Shown here: positions 1 to 13,500 of the stretch, piece by piece | Numbering within the stretch: position 1 is the stretch's first letter | How the letters are laid out: each line of letters opens with the position of its first letter | NCBI GenBank assembly: GCA_035193785.1 | Contig: CP136572.1 | Coordinates: 672,001-736,000 of the forward strand | Direction: 5' to 3' | Source: Planktothrix sp. GU0601_MAG3 | Lineage (GTDB): Bacteria > Cyanobacteriota > Cyanobacteriia > Cyanobacteriales > Microcoleaceae | DNA: 64,000 nucleotides | Notes under the pieces: generated by a model | What the model saw: the letters and a program-made list of their open reading frames with translations, nothing else | Databases searched by the model: none | Told to the model about the DNA's origin: nothing | Position numbers and translations under genes: made by a program

Positions 1-172
1 TACCTACGATCCAACCCGTAAAAAAAATGTTCTCACCAAATTCAGTAATTTGATTATGAATATTTGGGCTTTCTAGGTGAAAAATGTGATCGAGAGCCGT
101 TTTATCCCCCAAAAATGTTATTTCTTTGACACAAGTTTTCTTGGATAATGAAAGATCATTAAAGCCGTGCAT
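1..172 (-). CDS. 5' part of a paralog of the 372..1423 methyltransferase (runs off the window)
   Basis: ATG at 172 reads MHGFNDLSLSKKTCVKEITFLGDKTALDHIFHLESPNIHNQITEFGENIFFTGWIVG, nearly identical to the N-terminus of the 1423-start gene. Confidence 0.8.
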   Translation of the reverse strand, partial: MHGFNDLSLSKKTCVKEITFLGDKTALDHIFHLESPNIHNQITEFGENIFFTGWIVG

Positions 173-310
173 AAAATATTACTCCCCAAAATTTATAAAT
201 TAAAGTTTTTTCTCAATTCCTCCCTAAAATTTCCTCAAGCATTTGACACCGTAAATCTTGACTTTAACTAATATTGCTTTTTTTGGGAGGTTTACATGAA
301 ATAGGGATGT
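1..310. repeat. Direct duplication copy A (matches ~1252..1565)
   Basis: Near-identical sequence at offset ~1251, covering the gene 5' end plus ~140 bp upstream. Confidence 0.95.
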
Positions 311-371
311 TTGAAGTGAAAGATTGTTTGTAGATTCCCACAATTGAGAATTTGATGCGGTATTACATTAT

Positions 372-1423
372 TCACCTCCCCACCAAGGTTATGCAGTCCA
401 AATCTTTTTCGTCTCCCCAGTTAATTACAATTTGCTCTTTTATTATTAATCCCGACCCAGTAGCGTATTCTGCAAATAATTCTTTAGTCATATAATTTCT
501 GGCATGAGGGTTTTCTGTCCATAATGCTTAAAATTATTATTTGGATAATTAGAATGATGGTAGAGAGCTAATCCACCGGGAACAAGTATTCTTTTTGTGT
601 CCTGCAAATATGATAAAACACACCTGTGATCAAAGTGAACCATAGCGTCATAGCAAAAAATTGACCTGACCGAGTTATCGGGAATCGGCTGAAAATTAAT
701 TCCATTGTTTTTTATAACCTCAAAGTTTTTTTCATTCTTGAATCTTTCGGTGCAAAATTCAATATTGGATGTATTTATATCCATCATGATTAATTTTTGT
801 GCTTTACCTCTCAGCTTTTCACCATGACGACCATGACCGCAAGCTAACTCTAAAACATGAGTTAAATCTAATTGGTTAAAAAGTTTTTTAAAACAGGTAT
901 TCTCATCCCAAAAACCCTGTAAACCCTTTTCAGCTTTTTCGTAGTAAGGACTTTCTATCCAATTATTTCCTATACTATTAGCTATTGATAGTAAACCACC
1001 TTTAGATAAATATTTCTCATATTTGATAGTGGCAAGCTTAACTATTGTTCCATCGTCGAAAATTGCTTCTAAAATAATTTCCCCATTATTAGATAGTTCA
1101 TCCATTTTAACATACTCTAAAAAACCAGATAATTCCGAATTAGGGAAATCAGGATAATTTAGGGTAACATCCGGCCTTGAACGCTCAACTTTAGTTTCTG
1201 TTATGATTTTTTCTGAAGTACAAAATCTAATAAATTTTACTGATTGCTTTTTACCTATGATCCAACCCGTAAAAAAAATGTTCTCACCAAATTCAGTAAT
1301 TTTATTATGAATATTTGGGCTTTCTAGGTGAAAAATGTGATCGAGAGCCGTTTTATTTCCCAAAAATGTTATTTCTTTGACACAAGTTTTCTTGGATAAT
1401 AAAAGATCATTAAAGCCTTGCAT
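372..1423 (-). CDS. Class I SAM-dependent methyltransferase with N-terminal Ig-like 'GW...RPDV' module; frameshift at 510-515
   Basis: VLELACGHG SAM motif, YDAMVHFD, ILVPGG; removing 2 extra T at GTTTTC 510-515 gives QNPHARNYMTKELF...LVGR* ending at 372. Confidence 0.85.
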
Positions 1424-1566
1424 AAAATATTACTCCCCAAAATTTATAAGTTAAAGTTTTTTCTAAATTATGCCCTAAAATTGCCTCAAGCATTTGATGC
1501 CGTAGTAAATCTTGACTTTAAACTAATACTGCTTTTTTTGCGAGGTTTACATGAAATAGGGATGTT

Positions 1567-1697
1567 AGCTTCAACCATTCTAAATCTGTTAATAACATAA
1601 TTTTGATTCACAATATCATCCTTGCCTACCATAATATAATTTTGGTTTTTTGTCAAATTTGATTCTATACTTTCCCTTTGCTATTGCCAACATTGAC
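1567..1697. repeat. Duplicated 5' end plus upstream region of the 1922..2752 methyltransferase (matches ~2721..2851)
   Basis: Offset 1154; encodes truncated MLLTDLEWLKL.. versus MLLTDLEWFKL.. Confidence 0.9.
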
Positions 1698-1921
1698 TCA
1701 CGTTTGATAACTTCTACTTTACCTTCATCTATACCTTGAATCCAAATCCCAAATATTATCTGTGACAACAGTTTTCCCACCAAAGTTCCTAATCAAAAAA
1801 TTTTCAAGGGATGAACTTCCTGTTTTGGGAACACAGATAAACGGCAAATTTATGTGGATAAATAAATTTGCCATGAGTTACACCTCAATTTATTATTTAA
1901 TGTCTTTGCTCATTCAGTCTC

Positions 1922-2752
1922 TTAGCCTTGTCTAGAAAATACCATAATGGCAATAGGATCTACAGGTGATAACGAAAATTTGACTAACTTAAATAAATCT
2001 GAATAGGCCTGACGGGCATAGGCTTCAGGGATAAAAGTTTCTCCGTAAAAATCTCCGTTTAACTCACCCCCTCCAGTAACTCCTTTGATGTTAGAGTGGA
2101 GAAATTTACCTTGGTTATAATCTGCTCTGGCCTGATCAAAATCATGAAACAAAATACTGAGAGCTTTAGGATAGCCTGAAACATCTTTCTGCTTCAAACT
2201 TTCACAATAATTCAAAAACGAAATGGCTCTAGTCGTTAAAATTAAGACACCATTCGGCTCCAAAATTCGGTGAAATTCCTCCATCCATGAGCGACAAGCT
2301 TTCTCTGATAAGTGGGAAAATACAGAATAACCGACAATATGAGTAAATTGATTGTTTTTAAATTCCGTTGGGGGAAAAGCAGAGCCTTGGAAGAAATTAT
2401 CACTTTCAAATAAGTCTTTGCAAATAGAAATAAAATTTCTTTGAACATCTAAGCCAAAAATACGAGATATCGGTACTTCCCTGAGAAAAAATCTAGCTAT
2501 TCTACCCCAACCCACCCCAAAATCAAGCAAAACACTTTCTGCCGATAGAGGTTTCCCGATAGAATTACATGAAGAAATACAAAACGTATAGAATTCAAAG
2601 GCTTGTTTTAACGTTCTCTCTCCTGATACACCTGTTGTCCGAGTTTGTAATTCTGATGATGGGAACTTGGGCAGCTTAAACCCATTAAACAAAATTTCTT
2701 GCTCTTGGCTTTCACAAACTAGCTTAAACCATTCTAAATCTGTTAATAACAT
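1922..2752 (-). CDS. Class I SAM-dependent methyltransferase (glycan/LPS-associated type)
   Basis: LLDFGVGWGRI, YSVFSHL and RILEPNG motifs; ATG at 2752 preferred over the 2767 alternative start. Confidence 0.85.
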   Translation of the reverse strand: MLLTDLEWFKLVCESQEQEILFNGFKLPKFPSSELQTRTTGVSGERTLKQAFEFYTFCISSCNSIGKPLSAESVLLDFGVGWGRIARFFLREVPISRIFGLDVQRNFISICKDLFESDNFFQGSAFPPTEFKNNQFTHIVGYSVFSHLSEKACRSWMEEFHRILEPNGVLILTTRAISFLNYCESLKQKDVSGYPKALSILFHDFDQARADYNQGKFLHSNIKGVTGGGELNGDFYGETFIPEAYARQAYSDLFKLVKFSLSPVDPIAIMVFSRQG

Positions 2753-2859
2753 GATTTTGCTCCACAATATCCGCTTCCCCCATCATAATATAATTTTGGT
2801 TTTTGATCAAATTTGAGTCTATACTTTACCTTTGCTATTGCCAACATTGACGGAGGAAA

Positions 2860-2961
2860 CGCAAGAGAAGATTTGTCAGTCCAACAAAACACAGAGTCTA
2901 AATATTTATGCAGATGGGGAGCCTGACTATCCCTAGGTATTATAACTGAAACTTTGGTCAT
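2860..2961 (-). pseudogene. N-terminal remnant of a GT2 glycosyltransferase
   Basis: MTKVSVIIP..HLHKYLDSVF resembles the GT2 start; similarity ends at the duplicated segment near 2851. Confidence 0.55.
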
Positions 2962-2967
2962 ATTGGT

Positions 2968-4222
2968 TTACCAACCCACCTCTGTGTGATGGGATTGCTG
3001 AATTAAAGACTGAATTAACTGCAAAATCTTAGGAGATAAAACAGTTTCGTTATAAAGTTCATTAACTTTTCTGTAGGCATTTTCTCCCATTTCCTGTCTA
3101 AGTCGAGGATTATTGTAAAGTGTAGCTATTTTTTCCGCCATCACTCCCAAATTTAAGTAAGGAGCCAGTAATCCAGCATCTGACTCGACAAATTCTGTTA
3201 CTCCACCAGAAACCATCAAACCCAACGACTGGAAGTTTACAAAGCCCTGCTTCCAACATGACTAACGGAAAAGGATCTTCCCGAGAAAGAAGTAAGAACA
3301 CATCGGCACAACTCATGTAATTAAGCGGATAGTTCTGATGTCCCGTGAAGATAATATTATTTTCCAATCCAGCTTTTTCTATAGCATATTTCATTTCTGC
3401 CTCAGAAAGTGGATTCATCCAGTTGCCCACCCAGATACAAACAAACTTTTTTGGGAGTGCTAATTTTTCCTTTAAAATAACCAGTAAAGGAAGTATTAGA
3501 TCTCCTCCTTTTCGCCAATCTAAAGTTCCACAGCAAGCGATAATAAAAGTATCTTCTGAAAGATTTAGATCTTGCCTCATTTGTTGGCGATTTTTTTCTT
3601 CAGATACGAGTTTTTTAGTAGGAATAAACGCATGAATAACATCAATTTTTTCAGGACGGACAAGACAATTATTAACTAAATTATCTTTAACGGCATTAGA
3701 ACAAGCAATCCAATGAGGATTGTACTTGAATAAACGGTTAAAGTTTTCTATACCTAGCCTATGATTAATCCAAAATTTTAACTCGTGGACATGAATAATA
3801 ATAGGACTAGGAATTCTCTCGATAGAATCCAGCAAGGCTCCCAGTACAGAAGTATTGACATAAACTAAAGAGTAATAACCAGATCGAATAGCGGTAATAT
3901 TCTCTGGGAGACCAGTGCTAGAGTCAATGAAATGGACTTTACCACATTTCTGCACACGCTCTAAAACAAATTGTCCTTGTTCTCCATAATTAGGAATATT
4001 TGTCTGCCAAATATTGATTAATACTTCTTTAGGCATTGCCGGATGGTGTTGACTCATCCATTCTAAAAGCCTGACTAAAAACAACTGTGCCCCGGCTGAA
4101 GCGATATCATGAAGAATGAACAAGACTGGTTTAGCAGTCTCTTGTAAATTTAGGATATTTTTTTGTTTTTGAGCCAATTTTTCATTAAACCATAGCTCCC
4201 ACCTTTGCAATTCAGAATTCAT
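2968..4222 (-). CDS. GT4 glycosyltransferase; frameshift at GAAAC 3209-3213
   Basis: DVFLLLSREDPFPLVMLEA motif; a 1-nt deletion gives FDGSGGVTEF and joins both ORFs. Confidence 0.9.
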
Positions 4223-4276
4223 TTGAGTTACCTAGATATTTGGATAGTTGAGATAATGCTTACCAATTAATAATGC

Positions 4277-6462
4277 TTACTGATTAATACAAAATCGGCT
4301 AATTAATAAATCTAAAGGAAAGTTGTGTCCCCTCCAATTTTGGACTTTTTGGCACATAGAAAGAATGTTATTTTCACCAAAGTTGCGAATATAATCTGGC
4401 GAAAATCGAAGTGTAAACCAATCTATGAGCAAGTAAAAAGCTCTACTTTCTATCTGTTTTAGCTCCTCTCCCTCCAAGTTAAGTAAATCAATAATATGAC
4501 TCCAAACATCAAACTGTTTCCTTGAGTTTAAGTTCCTCTTTCAATGTTTGAGTCTCGCTAGTATCATGAGTTCTGTAATATCCTAAACCAGTTGAGATAA
4601 AATATAGATCTGATACTAACGCTATTCTTAGCCACATCTCATAATCTCCGGCAAACAAATATTGAGGATTAAAAACCCCCACTCGCTCCAATATAGTTTT
4701 CCTAAACATGGTAAAAGGAGCGCACATCGGATTTGTTTTGCCCGCATTGTCAATTACCCATTCTCTACCTAAGCAAAATTCATCTTGAGGAAATTCAGCC
4801 CACCCCCATTGTGAAACGAGTAGATTATCTTCATTAATCAGTTGAATAGATGAAGTCACAAGACCAACAGACGAATAATTATCTAAAATTTCCACCTTTT
4901 TTTCAATATTTTCAGGCCCCATTATATCATCTTGAGCAAAAACAGTAATGTATTCTCCCATGGCATATTTCAGAGTCTGATTCCAGTTAGAAAATAAACC
5001 TAATCTAGCCGGGTTTTTATAATATTTAATTCGAGGATCAATGGCTTCATATTTTTTTAACACATCCGGGGTGTTATCCGTTGAGTTGTCATCGCAAATA
5101 ATGACTTCTATATTTTCAAAGGTTTGTTCTAAAATACTATCCAAAGATTGGGCTAGAAATTTACCAGAATTATAGGTTGGTAAACAGATAGTCACTTTTG
5201 GAATTAAGTTTTTATTATAAAAATGGAGTGATTTTTGAGATCGCGTAGATTTCTGAAAATGTTGAAGTTGATCTAAATTTTGGAAAACATCTTGAACGGT
5301 TGACAAAATATTTTGAAACATTAGTTCTTCTCTAAAGAGTTGCATGGCTCTGAGTTGACAAGATTGACCAACTTGACTCCTCAAATTTGAATCAGTAACC
5401 CATAGCTTAATTGTGGTTACTAATTGATCTATAGCTTCATCCGGGTAGTCGGTGGGGCTAGGTAAAAGTTGACCCGTATTGCCCAGTTTCTTCAGGAATA
5501 CCACTGACAGCAGATGCAACTACTGGGAGCGCTTTTCCCATAGCTTCCATAATAGATAAGGGCATACCTTCTAGTTTACTTGACAGAACAAAAATGTCAC
5601 TAGCATCTAAGATATCTGGCATATCTGTACGACCAGCAATAATTCTAACTCGCTCTCCTATCCCTAATCCATCTATGATCTCCTCAAAATAAGGCCTTAG
5701 ATCATCGCCACTATCTCCTCCACCTACCCAAAGAAAATAAAGATCTTTCCAACAAATCCTATCTTGTCTTAAGTCATTAATTGCTTCTATTAAATACTCA
5801 TACCCTTTTAGATTAGTAAACCGAGCCGTTGTCAAACAAACAATAGCACTTTCGGGAATTTCTAATTCAGTTCTTAAACGCCGACGTACTGCTTGATTCT
5901 GGGGTTGAAAGAACTGAGAAGGACGACCATAATGAATAACTTTTCCTTTGTCCTGTGGTAAACCATATAAATCAACCAAAAGGTTTAAGTTTTCTTGAGA
6001 AACAGCTATAACTTTTTCAGAACCCTGATAAAGCTCTGTCAGAGTTTTATTATAATTAATGCCATCGTTATTATGAGTAAACTTATGGTTATATGGATCT
6101 ACTATACCTAGTACAATCATGTAGGGTATTCTTAAAGATTTTGCGGCACGCTTGGCTGCAAAATCACTCATAACCCAGCCATCGCTGAAAAAGATTAAGT
6201 CGGGTTTAATTGTTTTAAACAGATTTTGAGGGTTAGCAAAATCTTTTAAGGAAACCTCAAAATTTCTGGCTGCATCAAAATCAAGCCAAATATGGTTAAC
6301 TCCCAAACTTTCTTCCAGTTCAAGTTTTAGACCCGAATATCGACTCTGTACGGAGGTAACTTGATAACCGGCTTTCCCCAAACAACAAAGAAGTTGATGG
6401 TTATATTCAGCTACGCCACCAACTTGAGGGTTCTCCGAATAAACTAATATATGCTTGTTCAT
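4277..6462 (-). CDS. GT4-GT2 bifunctional glycosyltransferase; frameshifts at 5486-5490 and 4516-4520
   Basis: EGMPLSIMEAM (GT4) and VTICLPTYN..DDNSTD (GT2); three ORFs join after single-base removals (GIPEELGNTG; KEQFDVWSH). Confidence 0.88.
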
Positions 6463-6488
6463 AGTTTTAAAACGACTTTTTTATTAAT

Positions 6489-9101
6489 TTAATAGGGAAG
6501 GAAATCAAAAACTCGATTCAACTGAGACTCATAGATTTTTTGCTGATAGTCACCTGCAATTGCATTGACGGTTAGAATGTCATTAGGTTGTAAATTTACT
6601 TTGTCTATATCATAGTTGCAATACCAGCCAGAACGACAATATTTATTTCCATAAGCTTGTGCTATATCGGGACGTATATATATCACTCTCGTCGCACAGA
6701 TTTTTTGGTTGTTAATAGAGATATGAATGCGAACAGAACTGACTTGACCGGATTTATTTTGGTCTCTGATAAACGCCCATCCACCTAAGTAAAGCCTGCT
6801 AGGTGAAACTAAACGGAGAGCGTCCAGAATACCAATGATATGTTCTCCTTCTATGGAATTTGGATTAAACTCTTTAGGTTTCCAACTTAAAATTAAGTTT
6901 CTCAACACAAGTACCTTGAGTGATAGGATTCAGGGAGTTTTGAACTTCTCTCGATTTTCTGTCAAATCTTTGAGAAATTGTTCGTGTAGTCAAAATTTCT
7001 AAATCTTGCAAAATTTTAGCAGAGATTGTGGTCAAATTTTGAAAATCTTTTAAGTGTGAAATCAGAGACTTCCTTTTGAAAATTAGTTTCCCCATAAGTT
7101 TCTCTGATTCTTCGTTATTGTTAGTTTTTAATCTGAGTATTAAAATTGATTTTTCATCAAAGAAAGGTATTTGCTTTAAACTAATTGTATCTTGGAAAGC
7201 ATTGAATTGGCGTTGAATTTCTGGATAAGCATTGGCTACATCTAAGCGATACAAATTTACAGAAATTTCTTGAACTACTCGATATCCTGAAGTTAATTCT
7301 ATAGTCAAATTTTCGGCACTATTTTTAAGCAGTATCCAACCCGAAAAAAAGATTGAATTCATCGTCAATTCGCTAGACTGCTTTGGTGAGTCTAGATTTA
7401 AAATAATGTGTTCTGAATGATGAAATATTTCTACAGAATCAATCCAAGTTATTTCTTGATTTTCTATTAAAGTTGTTAGTGCATCGATATCTGGATCTTC
7501 GGCAGCTATTTTATTAGCTAAATTTACAAGACAGTGTTCAAGATCCTCGGCATTCTCAATCGCAGAGTGCCTTAACAAATAAATAGCATTTTCTATACTA
7601 TGCTGGCCTAATAAAGCTTTTTGCGTTGCTTCAAGATATGCGTGTCCATATTTTTGATCGGGTTCTAAGTGTGCTCCTTCCGCCCATTCATTCCAGGCGT
7701 TAATAAAAATTATTTTTTCAGAACTGCTAGAATTTTTTAGGACTTTTTCAATAGTCCCCCGCAGCCACAATTCATAGTTTTCTGGTTTCTGAGTTTAACC
7801 AAACAGTGGCATTTTTTTGACGCCGAGCAGTATTGTCCCAGGATGTCATAATGGTAGGGAAAAGCTGATAATCAGGGAATTTTTCCTTTAGGGTATTGAT
7901 TCCTGCCTGTTTGTAGTCATGAACTGCACCAGAAAAGTTATTATTGCTTACTAATTCAGGCATAGACAGAGGGAAGCTAGAAATGCTATTTGGCGGAAAC
8001 TGCACCCCAGAATCACAACCTAATTCTACTGGATTGTGTAAACCAAAACCTAGTACACCTGCAATATGTACTTCCCCAATACCCCGTTCCCGAAAAACCT
8101 GCCTCCATATTGAAATAGCTTCTTTTGGTTTGGGTAGATGGGCAATCCTATAAACTAAAATTAAGGGATGACCTTGAACACGAATATAACGAGGATCACT
8201 CAAGTAGGGAATCAGACTTTCAGCAAAATCCTGATAACTTCCATCAGAATATTCTTGAGCGATTAAAATTTCTTGCTCTAAACCATCCCATCGCCGAGTC
8301 CAGTTTTCGTTAGCCCAACAGATACAAAAGGGAAAATCTGGCTTTCCGCTAGTGAGCATATCGTCTAAAGGATACTCAAGCAAACGCTTACCATTAAACC
8401 AATAGTAGTAGTAACAAAATCCATAGACCCCATACCTTTTGGCTAAATCTGCCTGGGCTTCTCGTACTTCCGGTAAACGCAAATCATAGAAACCTAAATC
8501 TGCTGGTAAGTGAGGTTGATAGTGTCCTTTAAATAACGGTTTGGCTTTAGTCACATTCGTCCATTCAGTAAACCCTTTACCCCACCACTTGTCATTTTCT
8601 GGAATTGGATGATATTGTGGAAGATAGAAGGCAATCAAACGAACATCGGTAGTCTTACTATTTACTGTTAAATCTGATGCAGCATGGGGGATGTTTTTAG
8701 TTAGCGCTTTACCTCTAATCTGTTCCTGCTCCCAGTCTGTTAGAACTTGTTCGGATGTTCTTTGGCGTAAAAGTTGTTCAAGTCTTTCAATCAATTTAGG
8801 CTCAATCTCAACCGCCCGCCGCAAAAAAATATTTGCCTCCTCAAAGCATTCCTGTTCACACAACAGTTTCACCCAAATGGTAGAGAGACCAGGAATCTTG
8901 GGAATTTAGGGCTACAGCTTGACGAAAAGCCGTGATCGCATCTTCCACTTGGCCCACCTTCACCAAAACCTCCCCTAAATTTTGATAAGCACCATAGAAT
9001 TGTGGATTATGCTCAATCGCTTGCCGATAAGCGACCACTGCTTCTTCTAACTTTCCTTCTCTTAACAGTTGGTTGGCTTGCTGAAAGGCTGTAACCGTCA
9101 T
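6489..9101 (-). CDS. TPR + WbsX/GH99-like domain + two Ig-like modules; frameshifts at 8866, 7785 and 6878
   Basis: N-terminal TPRs; IAFYLPQYHPIPENDKWWGKGFTEW and FINAWNEWAEGAHLEPD are WbsX/GH99-like signatures; four ORFs join in series. Confidence 0.88.
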
Positions 9102-9318
9102 GGATTCTTCGCTCTCAAAAAATAAAGGTTGCTGGTCTGGGATTTAGTCAACGTGAAACATCCTATCACAATTTCAACATTGAAACCGACAGGCGCAATT
9201 GGCAGAAAGACGATTAACCTGCTTAAAAGTTCCCCATAACTATATGCTAATCTTAGCTTATCATCTTCAAGTATCCAATTTTTTCTGGATATTATTCAAG
9301 AATAGAGGCCATTTTTTA

Positions 9319-9396
9319 ATGAATAATATCAACAGTTCTAGTCTTGATGAGCAAGATTATTATATATGGTTACAGGACACTTATCAAAAACAGTAG
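9319..9396 (+). pseudogene. Possible DUF29-family N-terminal remnant
   Basis: SSLDEQDYYIWLQDT resembles the LYEQDFYLW start of cyanobacterial DUF29 proteins; stops after 25 aa. Confidence 0.4.
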
Positions 9397-9522
9397 TTGT
9401 GTCTATAATAGACAGGTTTAAAATCGCCCTATCATCCATAAACTATTCTAACGCAATTGGTGAATAAAATATTTTAGACATAATTTTAATTTTCTGAATT
9501 TAATGTTTATGGTTTAATATTG

Positions 9523-9543
9523 AAGCCCTGAAGGGCTTACTAC
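9523..9543 (-). repeat. GTAG-type REP palindrome GTAGTAAGCCCTTCAGGGCTT
   Basis: Identical copies at 38185..38205 and 38220..38240. Confidence 0.8.
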
Positions 9544-10500
9544 GATTGTCTGGCTTCGATCATCATTCTGACAACATCTGGCATTTTATATTGGGCTTTC
9601 CATCCTAACTTTTGCTCGGCTTTACTGGGATTTCCTCTACCCACCGTAATATCCGTAGGTCGTAATAAATTACTATCGGATTTAACATGAGTTTTCCAAT
9701 CTAATCCCACACAGGAAAAAGCTGTTTCTATAAACGATTCTAAATCATAAGTTTCCCCAGTGGCAATTACATAATCGTCGGGTTCTTGCTGCTGCAACAT
9801 TAAATACATGGCTTCTACATATTCCGGTGCCCAACCCCAATCTCTTTGAATAGAAATATCCCCTAAATAGAGTTTATCTTGTTTTCCAGCCGCAATATCA
9901 ATGGCTGCTTTAACAATTTTTTGAGTCACAAATCTTTCAGGACGCAGGGGAGATTCATGGTTAAATAAAATCCCAGAACAGGCAAATAAACCATAGGCTT
10001 CTCGATAGTTAGCTACTTCCCAAAAAGCGGTTGCTTTAGCTACAGCGTAGGGACTACGGGGGCGAAAGGGAGTATTTTCATCGGCGGGTAGTCCTTTTGT
10101 GTCCCCAAAGCATTCACTGGAAACTGGCGTTATAAAGTTTAATTTTTGCCTTGGTAAATCGAATCGCTTCTAATAAATTTAATGTTCCAATTGCCATGCT
10201 TTCTAAGGTTTCTACAGGCTGTTCAAAAGATAATCCTACTGAACTTTGACCGGCTAAATTATAGACTTCATCGGGTTGAATTTTAGTCAGGATTTGTAAT
10301 ACACTTCTAAAATCCGTTAGACTCATTGAATCTAGTTTGATTTTTTCTCGAATTCCTAGACGGGATAAATTGCTAAAAGAAGACATTTGAGCATCCCGGG
10401 ATGTGCCATAAACGGAATAACCTTGTTTTAACAATAGGTCAGCTAAATAAGCTCCATCCTGTCCCGATACGCCAGAAATTAATGCTGTTTTCATAACCAA
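9540..10500 (-). CDS. gmd: GDP-mannose 4,6-dehydratase; frameshift at GAAAC 10120-10124
   Basis: GVSGQDGAYL; YNASSSECFG after correction; SPYAVAK, ILFNHESPLR, RDWGWAPEYV. Confidence 0.92.
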
Positions 10501-10534
10501 TTGACAATCCTAATTTCAATTTTTAACAATAGAA

Positions 10535-13500
10535 TTAACGACTAACAATCCCTAAAATTCGTTCCATTGCATATTTCCATTCCGGGGATTGACTTAAGGT
10601 AGAAGCATCCAAAGGATAGTTTTTATAATTGGATAAGCGCACAAAATCATTCACCCATTCTAACACGGATTCCGTAACAAATTCAAAGGGTGAGTATTTT
10701 AAGGATTGTTCAAGAAAGTCAACCATTTCAGAGAGATTTCCTTGGGTATAATGATACCAAGCATTCCAAAGTAATGAGGCATATTTGAGACGATCATTAA
10801 GCTGTTTTACTTGAGTTTTAGTTAAGGGTAAATTGATCAAGGCATCTTCTTCGGGGGAAGTTAAAGCAGTTTCTATGATTTCTAGGGTTTGTTTTAACAT
10901 CCGGTCTTCTTTAAATAGTTTTTCCGCCCGTTGTTTAGATGCCACACCCATTTTAGATAATAACAGAGGATTAACGGCTAATTCTTGCAGGGTTTGAACA
11001 AGTTCATTAACTGTTTTTTCGGGATCAATATTAGGATCACTTAATAGTTTTCCCGTATCTCCTAAGCCTTCGGGAATGCCCCCCGCAGCCGAGGCAATAA
11101 TGGGTAATCCTTTTGCCATGGCTTCCATAATTGCAAAGGAGGGAGCGGCTTCTGCTAAGGAGGTTAATATAAATATATCACAGGCATCTAACCAGTCGGG
11201 AATATCCCACCTTTGTCCTAAGAATATTACGCGATCGCTAACTCCTAATTCCTGCACTTTTTGTTTTAATTCTGATTCTAAATCATGATCACTTCCCTGT
11301 CCAGTTCCTGCCCAAACAAAGTATAATTTTTCCCAGATAGAAGTATGTTTTAATTTGGCGATCGCTTCTAACTGAAACCGATGTCCTTTAATTGGTGCTA
11401 ATCTAGCCGTTGTTAAGCACATAATTCCATCTTTAGGAATACCAATTTCTTGCCGCAACCGTTGACGAGTGGCTAAGTTGGGCGGGGCAAAATATTTTTC
11501 TGATCGCCCATAATATACTACATTTCCTTTATCTTTAGGTAAGCCAAATTGGTCTTGTAAAATCTGAATATGTTCGTAAGCTGCGGTATTAAAAGTACGC
11601 GAAGAACCATATTGATATAATACTCCTTTGGCGTAGGGAATACCATCTCCCATGGTAAAATTAATATGTTCGGGTATGGCTAATCCCAGGGCAATCATAT
11701 AGGGAATATGGCGTTGAATTGCTACTTGTTTAGCGGCAAAATGGGAGTAGGGCCATCCATCACTAAAAATAATAAAATCGGGCTTAATTTCATCATAAAG
11801 GGCTTCTGCATCTTGGGTATTTCTCAGAATTCGCGGTAAGTCTTTGCTGGTACTATAATCTAACCAATATTGCTTAATTTTTAAGTCTTTTTCCTCCTCA
11901 ACCAAGGGGTTATCATGTTGAGGTCTAACGGCTGTTACTTGATAGCCTAATTTGGCTAATTCACATAAAATTAAATGATCATATTGTGCTAAACCTCCAA
12001 TACCAGGATCATCGGTATTCATTAACAAAATATGCGGTTTATTCGGGGAGGATGTTAAAGTTGGTTTAGATTGAGTGCTAAGTTTTGGATTCATAATTTT
12101 ATGGATAACAGTTTGCCATTCCTGAGATTGAATTAAATCATAGGTATCTATTTTTTCCCCATAGTCTGATGCAATATTTTGAAAGGCATCAAGCCATTGA
12201 GAAATCGTTTCTGTCAGAGGGGAAAAAGCATATTCTATGGATTTCTCTAAACAATTTATCATTAAATCTGGATAACCGTCTCGATACATTCGCCAAGCTA
12301 ACCATACCCAGCGCTCATAACTTTCTTTTCGACGTAATTGACTAATTCTGTCAGGAAGAGCGGGATGATCAAAAAATTGATCCATAATAATTTCAGTATT
12401 TTTAATAACCTTTAATCCCCCCGACATTAAGTTATTATCATGTTGACGGTAACAAGCATGAATTTCTTTTAACCAAACAGTTTTACATCCCATTAGGGAT
12501 AAACGTAAAACAAAATCTAGGTCTTCGGTGGGGGGATAGCGATGATCAAATCCTCTGACTTTTTCCCACCATTCTCGACGTAAAATCATAGCACTAGGAC
12601 GCACACATTTATGTAAAACCCAAGTTTCTAAATTCAATTCTGGTGCGTTTTCCCAAGGCGTAATGACACTAACTCCGATCCCTTTTTGATTAACAACACA
12701 CCAGCCACTTTGGATTAAGTCAATACTAGAATCAGCATCAAAAGCAGCGACTTGTTCGGCTAATTTTTGGGGTAAGAAAAAGTCATCCCCATCTAAAAAA
12801 GCTAAAAATTCTCCTTGAGCAATTTCACAGCCATAATTTCTGGCTTTAGAGGCTCCTTGATTGTCTTGATAGATATATTTGATTACAGGAAAAAAAGGTT
12901 TTAGAATTTGTTGAGTTTGATCTTTGGAGCCATCATCAATAACAATAACTTCATAATAGATATAGGTTTGTTCGAGAACACTTTTTACACATTGTTCAAT
13001 ATATTGATCACAATTATAAGCAGGAATAATCACACTCACTCTAGGTTTATTCTGGGGAATATTTTCCGTGATTAATCGTTTCCATTCGGGTAAATTATAG
13101 AATTTTTCTAAATCAAGTTCATAACCATAACCCTGACAATAACCCATAAATCGATGTACCCAATCAGAAATAGTAATCGCTACAGTATAAGGAGTATAGA
13201 GTAAAGATTTTTGGAGAAATTCAGCCATTGCTTGGGGATAATTGGTATGATATAAATGCCAAGCTATCCAAGTTACAGCTTCATATCTAGCGGGTTTTTC
13301 CAGTTGTCGTATTTCATCGGATAGATTAGGATTACTGAAAAAATAATCGTGAAGTGATATAATTAAATAGGCTCTTTCCTTAGCTTTTTGATAGGAAACG
13401 GTTTGCTCATGTTGTCGATAATTTACGGTAATTTCAGGGAGCCAAATAGCTGCATATCCTTGTAATGCTAAACGCCAAATAAAGTCAACATCATCGACTC

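Noticed and set aside
1..11230. HIP1 depletion as evidence of a horizontally acquired island
   Set aside because: I also saw no HIP1 across ~14-26 kb, which contains core genes, so the absence is not diagnostic.
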